DNA of 61,694 nucleotides, the filler included, from Choristocarpus tenellus KU-1152 (taxonomy: Eukaryota; Protista; Phaeophyceae): NCBI GenBank assembly GCA_964200185.2. It is 10 parts of 10 records of this genome, joined end to end, with 100 filler letters (N's around TTAATTAATTAA, not from the genome) between each part and the next. Parts side by side here need not be neighbours in the genome. Positions count along the whole stretch, not along the records: positions 50,910 to 53,995 come from CAXNAD020022418.1; positions 54,096 to 57,378 come from CAXNAD020021052.1; positions 57,479 to 61,694 come from CAXNAD020015640.1; 7 more parts are not named here. One strand, 5' to 3'. This document shows positions 50,966 to 61,694 of the stretch, one piece after another; positions within the stretch are counted from its first letter, which is position 1; the number at the start of each line of letters is the position of its first letter. The notes beneath the pieces were generated by a model. That model was given only the letters and a program-made list of their open reading frames with translations, was not told where the DNA came from and ran no database searches. A program made the position numbers and the translations under genes.

Positions 50966-53745
50966 CTAACCCTAACCCTAACCCTATGTACTCCCTTCTT
51001 TTCCCGGATCAACCCTTCCCCACATTTGCAGGGCATCAGGGTTTCTACTTCATATGTCGTCACACCTCCTATCATGTTCAACTCTGCAACGACAGATGTG
51101 AATGCAATCAGTTATCCTCTTCCTCCTCTTCCTCCCCTCCCTCCCATTACCGTGAGCTACGCAACAACCACCGAGGATGACGTCACAGTCTTATTGAGAT
51201 CTGACCTGCTGGACTTTTGAAACGAGATGTGGAAGAGGGTTAGGGATGAAACACGCATTTTTCTTATTGCTGCCTTAAGCTTTCAAAGGAATGACCTTCC
51301 TGTCAAGAATTTCTTACGGCATTGAAAAAAAAGTTGCATCAATGAAGGCAAATGATAGACCGTTCACCCACCTCGTTCTTCTACTGTGAAGAGAGCCAGT
51401 TAATCAACAAACAAAAAATAACATGCCGGGATTTGTCTGTGGTGGTATTGTGCAGGAGCTAAGAGACGAAAAAAAACAAGGTTAGGGTTAGGGTTAGGGT
51501 TAGGTACCTTGTTCTTATGAAAAAAATGAAAAAAGCTAGCGCGGAGAATGGATCGTTCGTATTTGAATAAAGAAAAAGAATTACGTAGCTCAATTTACAG
51601 AAATAATGTGTGTTGACTGTTTGTCCGTATGACTGTATGTACTTATGTTCGGGTGAGGAGAATGGAGTGAAGATGTAGATGTGAATGCGTCTTGCAACAG
51701 ACTGTGGGTATCATGCACAAAATCTGTAAGAGTGATAAAAAACAGTTACTATTTCATGATACGCACAAGGTAACAATCATGTGCGCACAGGTATGTATAT
51801 ATTTCCTGTTTCCACTCCATCTTCACAAAGACATGACAGCATTATCTTGGCCATCACTGTAAAGGAAGTATGTGATGTATTGTACTCTTAAGTGTTAGTA
51901 GTAATAGTATCATGATGGAGGGGTTAGGGTGGGTATCGCCATGAAATGGGTGGGGGAAATGCTTAAGCTCTTTTGTCAATCATTCGACCCATACTCCCCA
52001 TACTATCCCCCTTCCACCCATCGATTTTTTGATAGCACCAAATGCAAATATTGTGCTATATATTTTGCCAATTTTCCATCAGGATCTCCTGTCGAAACCT
52101 TGTTGATTTCCAGTGCCGATGGAAATAATAGAACCTCAACTTAATTATTTCATTTTTTCTGGTGAAGGGGTTACCATGAATATTTTTTGTTTGCAATACG
52201 TGATGATGCTTAGGGTTAGGGTTAGGGTTATTGAACGGACTTTAAATTTAGGGTTAGGGTTAGTAGGCTACTGCAAAGACATCTTAACACCAATGAATAG
52301 GGACACACCTGTTGACATACCGAGAAAATAGAGGAGCAAGGCAAACTTACATAAAAACTCATCCACCACCAAGGCTCAGTGGAGCAGTATGCATGCATGT
52401 ACATGCAGGTTAAGGGTTACATATAGGTATGTAGATGCTCCTGGAGTTTAACAATATGGAGATGCCTCTACTGGTATGCAGCACTGACAGCATGAATAAA
52501 TGGATGTGATATGGACAGGCTTGAAGACAAGTAAATGTATTTGTAACAGTCACAAAATGTAATTCATACATCTTTCCTCCACATAACACACAACCCGCAG
52601 TTCCCTCAACAAAAGAAAAGTTATTAAAATAGGAATTTCAAGTTTCAAAGATTGTAACCAACATTACAAAAAAAAATTAATGAGGATCTCTCAATTAGAA
52701 TAAAAAAGTAGAATCTTTTCTAGGAAGAGGGACATACTATTCTTCTATTTTCAGAACAGGAGTTGTTTCTTTTCATCCCTCATTCTGTTGGATGAGTGTG
52801 TCTTACATATCCTTGCAGTGTGGAAGAATTTTCTCCAAACCCAAGATTTGTTTTTTTCTAATGAAAGCCTTTTGAAAATAATAAAATGATGTAACCAACA
52901 CTTCTTTTCAGATCCTGTAGGAAGTACAGGATCAAGATTGATTCTCATGGTATGGTCGGGTTCACCTTCTTGAGAGGAAGGATCCATATGCTGGACTGGC
53001 TCCTTTGGGTAATTCTTGGAAGGAGGCGGATTGGCAAATGAAACTTGCACTTTGTTATTAGCCCTGCTAAACTATTTTTTTCTTTTCAAAAGAGGGGGGC
53101 ACCAGATAGCATAAAATAAATAATCTGGATTGTTTATTTTTCTTTCTAGTTTGTCCCACTCCTGAAACGCCTTCCCTCTCTATACATGCGATCACAACTT
53201 AGAAGAAAATATTTCAACAACACAACTCTAAGTTACAGACAGGTTCACTAGACACACAAACACACATGCACCTCTCTACTTCATTTGGTCAATCAAATGA
53301 TCCAAAAAAGATATCTCAATCCGTAAATTAGTCACAGAGTCTACTTACGTCTTGGAGGATAAAAGGGGACAATACCATTATGGTACAAATAATACTCCTA
53401 CAGATGGCAGTACAAGACCCACACACACACACATATATATAAATGTACCGCATTGGACCAATGGAATTGCCTGAATTCTGCGTAGAGCCAATAGGATGCT
53501 TCCCTCAAAAAATAACTTTGGGGTACTGGTCTAAGGTGGACACAATTATAATAGAAAATGCTAAATAGGTCATGTTTTCCTCTCCAGCTCCTTTGTGTAG
53601 GGATCTATCCTGATATGTTCAGTCTGATTCAAATAACAAATAGTGAAGATTCAGTCCCTTCATGACACAGAATGGCCTCAATGCAGGGATATCAATGGTA
53701 ATGATGAAAATGGTAACAGAGGGTAGGGTTAGGAATAGAGTTAGG
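50966..53745. repeat. Cluster of short interstitial (TTAGGG)n/(CCCTAA)n tracts
   Basis: Tracts at 50966-50985, 51237-51246, 51480-51504, 51921-51930, 52210-52230, 52248-52263 and 53724-53734, in both orientations. Confidence 0.9.
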
Positions 53746-54956
53746 AAACACTGCCAACTTTTTGGAGGTATCAGAAAATGTGTCAACTATTACATGGGGT
53801 TAAGGTTAGCGGGGTCAACATTAGGTATATCAATTAGGGTATAAGCTGAAGCCAAAGTAAAAAATAAATAAAGCAGTTACATCCTTGCATAATTGTACAC
53901 GCCTTCCTTCAAGGCGCACTTCAATATCATTCCTCCCTCAAAGGGGTGAATCAGGTATATAACCCGTTTTTTTTTTTTTAAATCCATCAGAAAAANNNNN
54001 NNNNNNNNNNNNNNNNNNNNNNNNNNNNNNNNNNNNNNNTTAATTAATTAANNNNNNNNNNNNNNNNNNNNNNNNNNNNNNNNNNNNNNNNNNNNAAAAA
54101 ACACAAACTTAATCTACGGGACTCCCCTGTCCTTGTATCTGTTTCCTGAAAATGTGAAGAAAAAAAAAAATGATCTCATCCCTCGTAGGTTCAGCGGCTC
54201 GTGGAGGAGGTTCGGAAGGTAAGAGATGAGGCTGGCTCTCTGCCACCTGAACAACGTCGGGACCGGGCTGCTGCTGTAGCCTTGCAACTCGCAGCACTGT
54301 TGGGTGAGGATGAGGATGAGGAGTAGTGAACTGATGATGTTTGACCCATGTACAGTTCACGCTGTTGACCGGGTTGTACTTGGGAGTAGTTTTAGTACCA
54401 TCTGTGTGTGTGTGTGTGTGTTTGTGTGTGCTCCTGTAGTTTGTACTTGTTGGGAGGCTTGCTTTATTTGCACAACTGGTTTGCTTGGTTACAATAGATA
54501 CTGTATACCTTCTTTATTTTGTTTTCTGGTGCACAGTCGGTTAGGGTTTTGCAAGGACTAGTGTAGGTAGCGTGAACTGAAACAAAGATCTTTGAATCCC
54601 CTACATTTTCCGGCTAGTACTAACAATGCGTGGTGCCCTCCATTTTTTAATATATATGCAAGAATTCAAGAGTATCTTGATACGATGCTTTTTTCCGACA
54701 TAGTGAGGGAAAGGTGGCACTATTCCATGAGGATGGCTATCATACAGAGCGATGACTCTTTCTCCTGCACCCTCACTATTTTTGTCAACAGTGGGAAACA
54801 AACTCTTCACCTTTGAGTGCATGGCTTGAAGTTCCACAAATCATTCCTCTTTTTATTGTGAGCGCTTGACACGTGGCCAGTTCGTTTATTTTTTTCTTGA
54901 TACTGATTTTGCAAGCACCGGCTCTTAGAACAAAGTGCTGTTGTCTCTCTCCCTTA

Positions 54957-55013
<57 letters not shown>

Positions 55014-55820
55014 CAAGATTGTGATTGGATTGTGTCACATTCACACCGCCTATGCTGTGTAGCAATCCAGGCTACTTACTCCCAAGAGAGGGATCCAATT
55101 TATTTGTTTTTGATATTTTTATTTTGAGTTGATCTTTTCTGGAGCAGCCTTGACCACACACGCACCATGGCAGAGAGGTTTGATCGTAGCAGCAATGGTG
55201 AAAAAAGGGAGTCGATGAATGGGAGTGCTGCCAAAGTCTTTCCCATGTAACTACTCTGTGCAGCAGATGATCCTTGACATCCCATAGAGGTGCCATGCAT
55301 GGTTGACTGGGAGTACTTGCACAAGAACAACAGCCAGTTTTTGGTAATGCAAACACAGGGTGCATGGATGGATCAGTACCAATGTGCATGTGAACGAGGG
55401 GGACAAACGACAACCGTTGAATAGAGTCGGTGCAACCACCATCCAAGATGTTTGCATTTATGGTTTAGAGACTCACAGAACTACTCGTAAGACACAATGT
55501 ACTTGTCAGTGAGTCGACACATGAGGTCAAGACCTGGTAATGGTGATCCAGTAGTGGTGGCTCCACCAGCAGCCAACAGGTACACATGGGATCTGGACTT
55601 GGACACAACCCCAGAACTACACCTGTTTCCCTTTTCGATTTAGTTTTCACCCTGATTGGGTGCCTCCAACAGCGTATAGTGTTTTCAGGTCCAGACTTAA
55701 GGATCATGGAGTAAGCGCGTGGATGTGGCCTTCTATAAAATACAAGCATACTGCCACCTCCTCTGGTCTTCAAACCACAACGGTGTTGCTGCTCCTGCGG
55801 CAGAGACCTTTAAGTGTATC

Positions 55821-56860
55821 TGCTACAAGGGATCTTTTGACATTATTATTACTAACCTCAACACCTTAGGGGTAAAAAGAAACCAGGCGTCTTGGGACAT
55901 GGGCAGAGTTATTTTTGGATGAGGTAGCAACTCATGTTGTACGAGACAGGAGGGGAGCAAGGGGTTTCAGAAGAAAAGGACCTGTGAAGACGGATTATTT
56001 CGGTCACTGCTCAATTAGCCTTTTTCTGGGGGAAAATTTTCGCACTTCAAATAAGAGACTGCAGTTCGGCGTAATAGGTAGGAGAGGCTTGACAGATTCA
56101 TGGGATTTTTCTTCCCTTAGTTCTCACCCGCCTTCCCAGTCAGAGATGAGGAGTTGCTTTTTATTGTTTTATTGCCCTTTTATTTACGTACAATACCTCT
56201 GTTGTTGGTGTGTCTGATACATTAGTCTTTTCTGTTTTATTGTGTGTGTTCTACCCGATCTTTCTTTACCTCCCGTCTCTATTCCCCTTTTTAAATTATT
56301 TATATTGTGTTTTGTTACCTCTCATTTTTTCGCCTATATACACCCATACAATACAATGGGTCATATTATCCCGAATGGGAGCTGATTTTGGGCTTTTTGA
56401 GTGTAAGGGGCTTACAAAATTTACTGCTTTGACACCGATTTCTATGCCCGAAATAAGTATGTATGAAACCCCATCATGAGGCTGTACTGTAGTGAGTCGA
56501 ACCAACTGAGAGGTAGGCAGGTTTGAACCCTTTTGCATTCCCTTTCACCTTCCTCACTCCGTCCAATACTCTCCATTTGATTGCTTTATGTGCTGTACTG
56601 TAGTGAGCTGAACCAACTGAGAGGTAGGCAGGTTTGAACCCTTTTGCGTTCCCTTTAACCTTCCTCACTCCGTCCAATACTCTCCATTTGATTGCTTTAT
56701 GTGCACGATAGTGACCACAAAATTGACATCCCCTCTTTACACACACAACTGACACCACAACTCAGCAATGACTCTTTTTGCAATAGTACAAAACGGTATC
56801 TTTTGCCCATTCTCGGGATCCTTAAAATGCAACCCTGCCTACCTCTTGATTGGTTTGGGT
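55821..56860 (+). mobile_element. Repeat family C copy
   Basis: Begins TGCTACAAGGGATCTT at the same boundary as 22665; the distal part matches 39826-40067 inverted. Confidence 0.55.
56481..56704. repeat. 111-bp near-perfect tandem duplication
   Basis: Units start at 56481 and 56592 and differ at only a few positions. Confidence 0.95.
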
Positions 56861-57139
56861 CAGTAGAGGAGATGAACATTCATCCACATGATATGGAATA
56901 ATCCTCCGAAGTGCTAGGAGCATATGCGCCGGAAGGTAGTTGGTCAAAAACCCCAAGTACTAAACTGGTTGCTCTAGGATACCTTGACTCGACATGCAGA
57001 AAGGGGCACTGGATGGAACCTCTTCTTGTTGACTGAATGACGGTTCATATACAAGAAGAGTCCATCATACAAAAGGTGAGACTTGATATTAACCTTAGAA
57101 ATGACTGGGATCTCCCCCATTATAGTAGGCGATAGTAAC

Positions 57140-57378
57140 GAGTGAAAGTATCTTAGAGGGTACGAGTTTTTCCCTGTTTGTCCATTTGGGGCTTGGCTTT
57201 CTACGGGTTTTTAATGGCATTTTACCTACTCCAAAATGTTTCAGAGTAGGTAAAATGTGTACCTTATGAAAACATGTATCCGGAACAAGGATATTGACAT
57301 CTCCTAACAAACATGATAGCCAAAATTACATCAAAATTGCTACATTGGATTTTGGCGCCCAAATGGACGTGGCTCTAC
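57140..57378 (-). mobile_element. MITE family A, truncated at contig end
   Basis: GAGTGAAAGTATCTTAGAGGGTAC start; internal hairpin at about 57218-57259. Confidence 0.92.
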
Positions 57379-57543
57379 NNNNNNNNNNNNNNNNNNNNNN
57401 NNNNNNNNNNNNNNNNNNNNNNTTAATTAATTAANNNNNNNNNNNNNNNNNNNNNNNNNNNNNNNNNNNNNNNNNNNNGAAGATGGCTGGGGGGGGGTGT
57501 GCCCTGTCCGGCTCTCTCCGTCTTTCCCTCCCCCCCCCCCCCC

Positions 57544-57596
<53 letters not shown>

Positions 57597-57609
57597 ACAG
57601 GAAATCTAG

Positions 57610-58380
57610 GGCACCTACCACCGCATCCACGTCTGCCTTGGGGGGTTCACACTCCAAGTGTAGCTTCTGCCCTTGCACAAGTCCAGATGGAGACCCTGGA
57701 GTGGGTAAACACCACCACATTTAAGAAGGTCCCGGGCAGGTTCTGCACCGCTCATGAAATCACCCTCATGCACACAGTGGATCTCCTGATATATGAGGTA
57801 ACCGCCAAAGGCTGGAGGGTGAGACACCAGCCATAGGGGTCATCAGAGCGTCCAAACTCTTCCACATCATCTCTGGCCTCTTACTGCAAATGATGGAAGT
57901 TCTCGAGGGAGGAAAGGTTTGCCCTGGTGGCATCAGGGAACATCCAGGAGCTGGTAGCATGGCCACTAGAACGATCCCAAAGGACCAGCAGACGTAGGGA
58001 GGCCCCTGGAGAGGACACCAAATCCCATCAGGAACGCGCTGCAGCTTTGGGTCAGGCTCAAAGTATCTGGGGGGGGGAGGGTAGCGGCTGTCCGTTTGGG
58101 ACCATTTTTATGTCGCGATTCTTGTGTGATTTGGTTGCATATGTCGGATGGATAATATAAGTGCACTTTTCCTCGTTATGACCCAAATGGGTATCCTGGT
58201 GTAGACCTCCCCCTCCCCCAGATACTTTAGGTCGTCACCACCATAGAGGAATCTCCAAGGGGGCGAGTGTGCTCCTAGCACAACCCAGAGCCCTTGGGAC
58301 GAAGGAGATTTTCAGTTTGCTGGTCCCCAAACGCCCGAGTGAGAACCAGGATGAGCTTAGGCCGGCCATCACAGACACAA
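57610..58380 (+). mobile_element. Degenerate CRE-like non-LTR retrotransposon, region upstream of RT, interrupted by MITE B
   Basis: KLFHIISGLLLQ..SREERFALVASGNIQELVAW..ERAAALG|HHHRGISKGASVLLAQPRALGTKE; removing the MITE and one TSD restores the frame. Confidence 0.6.
58055..58233 (+). mobile_element. MITE family B, complete (flanks GTCA/GTCA)
   Basis: Collinear with 19561-19744. Confidence 0.9.
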
Positions 58381-58524
58381 AAAACAGGGTACAAGGGGAT
58401 TCAAGATCTGGGGAACATGCTACAGGGGAATAGCGCGAGCATTTCTTTCTGCGTACCAAAATGCGCCAACAGCATACATACGTAAGAGTTAATGTGAAAG
58501 AGGAACTTTGAATTGATACAAGAT

Positions 58525-58640
58525 GAGGCAAACTATCTAAGAGGGTACAACTGCATCCAAATGTGGTCCAGAATCCGATGTGGCGATTTTGATGTTATTT
58601 AGGGAATGTGTTTGGTGGCAAGAGTGAATTCCCTTGCTCC
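58525..58640 (+). mobile_element. Diverged terminus related to MITE family A, possibly the end of a longer element
   Basis: GAGGCAAACTATCTAAGAGGGTACAACTGCATCC..AATCCGATGTGGCGATTTTGATGT aligns with about the first 115 bp of MITE A, then diverges. Confidence 0.6.
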
Positions 58641-60743
58641 AGATTCACCTTCCAGAGCCGTTCCTTCTTGATTTTGTCTCCCTATCAGCCGTTATGAACG
58701 GCAGGCGTGACTACTTTTGCAGTTTTTAAGAGGTTACGATAGCCTACCTAGTTGATCAATTTGCGTTTTTATCTTGATCCTGTGGCAATTTGGTCACTTT
58801 TTGAGGGTCGGGTAAACTTGGGGCGTGAACGATGACGTCTAGAGCACAGTCGCAGGAAAGGTTGGGGGTTAGTCCGAGGGAAGTATCAAGCAAATCGGTA
58901 GCAGGGTCCTTTGTTGTGGTGGTAGAAAAAAACGAGTGTGAGGTAAATCAGCAAGAGTATCATGTCTTGAAATTTTTGAAAGTGTCGCATTATTTGTGGT
59001 GACAGTTGGATCATAATCAATGCATTTTGTGTGTTTTCGATCTACCTAACTGATAGTTTGTGTGAGATGAGAGGATAAAATCAAAGTGGAGATTCTCTGA
59101 AAGATTGAATTGATTTCTTCATCGTGCTCCGATCGGGTGCATTGACTGGAAAAAAAGAGTTCTAAATTGTCACGAAATGTGCTTTAAGAAATTACATCCT
59201 GGTTGCCATTCGATTGCGTTTTAGGTGCTGAGGGTGAGAGACTTCGACTTACGTTACTCATGTTACTCAATGAGGCAGAAACGCAGGATGAATGATCTGA
59301 GAGGAAGGAGGGGACTGATCCGAGATTGAAACGGTGTCCTCTGCCCCGGTCATATTCGACAGAATGCATGTATGTGAAGAAACAAATGTTATAAAATGTT
59401 GATAGTATTGTATGAATATTGAGTATAATAAAATCACATTTCTCCATGTGAGTTTTGTCGCCGCTTGAGTCAGTTTGTGTGGGTTGGACAAAATTACGTC
59501 AAGTATGGTATTAAGTGAGGAACACATGCAGGAAGAATGACGTGTGAAGGAGGAGAATTCAAACAAACTTAAACTGGAGTCCTTTGCCCTGGTCTTTGCG
59601 GATGTAGAAAACGCCAAGAAAAGCACATGCTGAGTGGGATATGTCAACGATTGTAACATTACAGTACTTACGCGTACTTGGAGCCTGAAAAAAAATGGGT
59701 GTGTGTACTTTCACTTTTGAAACACTTTTCACAATTTAACACTTACAACTACAGTTTTACACAAGATAGGATACTCCCGCCCTCATACAAACTATGAGCA
59801 TGGAGATTACATGTTTCCTACCTCAGACTTCAAACACATTGAAGGCCTTAAAATTGATCAAGTTTGAAGTCAAAGAGGCGACAGCAGATCCTGGAACCTT
59901 ACACATTTGAGCGACCACCCTCTCCGAGGGAGAGAGACTGAATTATCACAAAGAACACACGTAAATCCAGGCATCCGAAAAGAGCAACATTCCCTCCTCA
60001 ATACCACCAACTCATTAAATTTCGACCTTGGCAGTCACCGAACACATGAGAAACATGGAATAGATGTTCAGTCATAAGGTTGTACTAAAATCTGTTGTGA
60101 AGACAATTGACAACAAGACATCGAAGTGTCTCACAACTCTACAACACCACTATACATACATGAGAAAGACATCTAACTAGTCAAGAACACTAACAAAATT
60201 AGCTCTGAAATGAAAATGTTGCTGGCAGACTAAACAACAACGCAGTTCACACTCATTTACCTAGTATCCGTGAAATGTTGCACAACGGATGATGCTCAAC
60301 TCTAGATCTTACTTTCAACGTTCCTCCCCATCATCTCCTTGAAACGTTCGGAACAGTGTCCATCTTCCATCTTCCACCAACCCAAGAGCTTGGGGAACGT
60401 TTCTGTGAGCAAGTGCCACAGGTTATGATGCGACGAAAATTGGTCACTCCACTCTTCCGCATCCACACTGCAAAGGAACATAGCCTTCCTCTTAATGAGA
60501 ATTTTAATATCCTCCATCTGTAACGTCTGCCTTGTTATCTCGCCCCAATCGTGGCACCCCTTCAGGATGGTTCCGTGGACATAGCAATAATCGTCCACAA
60601 CAATGGGTTTGGCCTTCATCCCTATCGTCACCGTCACAAATCCATGGTCACAAAGCCCACCTTGTTAATTCCTCCTGTTCCTACCATGAGGAGCATCACC
60701 TCGCCATCAACTTGTCGATGAAGGACATATGAATGTATGCAAA

Positions 60744-61635
60744 AGAATTGTCACAATTTCGGCAACGAAGACATTGGGAAAAGGTTAGGCGTCAACATAT
60801 GGGGGGTAAGTAAGGGTTGTTATCTCTCTTAGAACGTTAGATGTTAATAGCTTCCAATTTGACCAATCTATGTCGATACAAATGTCGACAACAATAAAAG
60901 TCACCACTCACATAGACTGAAACAATAACATTACCTCAAACTAAAAGGAGGTCAAACAATTTGGTACAGGACAATAGGGATATACAGAAGAGAATTGTCG
61001 CAATTGTGTCAGAGAAGACATCGGGGGAGAGTGTACAGTGTTGACGTGTGGGTTACATATGCTATCATTGCTTGGAAGGTTTAATGTCGGTCCCGAACAA
61101 TTTGACCAATGTCAATCCAAATTAATTTGAGGATAAAAGCCACTCCACACAGTTTAAAACAAAAACACAACGAGCCAAAGTATCTTAGAGGGTAAAGTCG
61201 TGTCCATTTGGGGGCCAAAATCCAATGTTGCAATTTTGATGTGATCTTGACTATCGTGCTTGTTAGCAAGTGTCAATATTCATGTTTCAGACACCTTTTC
61301 ATAACTTACACACTTTACCTGGACCTAAACGCATTTGAGTACGAAAAATGTCATAAAAGAACCCATGGGAAGCCAAGCCAAAAATGGACGAAGAGGGCAA
61401 AACTCGTACCCTCTAAGATACTTTCACTCAACCACAAAGTGAAATAACACCAAACAAACTGGTCAGGGAAATTGGGATATTCAAAAAGAATTGCCACAAA
61501 TGCGACGAGGAAAACATGGCGGGGTATGGATTTATCATGTGGGGGGATTTGTTATTATTGCTTAAAATGTGTAATGTCAGTCTATATACCAATTTAACCA
61601 GAGTGCGTCAATACGAAATATTGTGAGGATAAAAA
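60744..61635. repeat. Old tandem repeat of about 240 bp, 3 units, unit 2 interrupted by MITE A
   Basis: AGAATTG..AAGACAT..CAATTTGACCA..ATAAAA blocks recur from 60744, 60991 and 61487 (periods 247 and 235 after removing the MITE and TSD). Confidence 0.75.
61172..61429 (+). mobile_element. MITE family A, complete (258 bp, TSD AAC)
   Basis: Both TIRs present; AAC at 61169-61171 and 61430-61432. Confidence 0.93.
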
Positions 61636-61694
61636 GTGAGAGTTTATGAAGTAAACTGAGTTTTGTGGGCGGGAGAATTCTGGTTGACTGGGGG

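Noticed and set aside
51032-51220. Candidate terminal exon GIRVSTSY...LLRSDLLDF
   Set aside because: Good acceptor but no homology and no upstream exon within the contig.
54189-54218. Candidate micro-exon VQRLVEEVRK with strong splice sites
   Set aside because: Isolated; no partner exon identified.
7340-57434. Recurrent TTAATTAATTAA palindrome as a biological repeat or CRISPR-like array
   Set aside because: Always centred in exactly 44+44 Ns; it is a synthetic six-frame-stop linker.
57427-57724. Poly-Gly and poly-Pro ORFs
   Set aside because: Produced by a C homopolymer of about 60 nt at a contig start; the same applies to the HTHT and VCVC ORFs from CA/GT microsatellites.

Overview
This is not a continuous locus and not prokaryotic. 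It is ten short eukaryotic contigs joined by nine identical artificial 100-bp spacers (N44-TTAATTAATTAA-N44), so neighbours across a spacer are unrelated. Long GT-AG introns, TTAGGG repeats and the gene content suggest a brown-alga-like stramenopile (inference only). Spliced host genes reconstructed from splice sites and phase: the 5' end of an N-acylated PP2C-family phosphatase, the 3' end of a TauD/BBOX-like Fe(II)/2OG dioxygenase, a C3HC4 RING protein, the 3' part of a p300/CBP-type HAT with ZZ finger, a PYM1/WIBG homologue, and a large low-complexity protein. Most of the rest is transposon-derived: a decayed intron-containing Sola2-like transposase, two sister MITE families (A about 260 bp, 8 copies; B about 185 bp, 5 copies or ends) with mostly 3-bp non-specific TSDs, longer relatives of both, CRE-like LINE, copia-like gag and CACTA-like remnants, and tandem repeats. 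The most striking signal is a scatter of very short TTAGGG insertions. Two MITE-A TIRs, at opposite element ends, carry the same 4-nt insert that converts TTAG|AGGG to TTAGGGTTAGGG, the footprint expected from one telomerase GGTTAG addition during break repair. All homology calls are motif recognition by eye; no searches were run.
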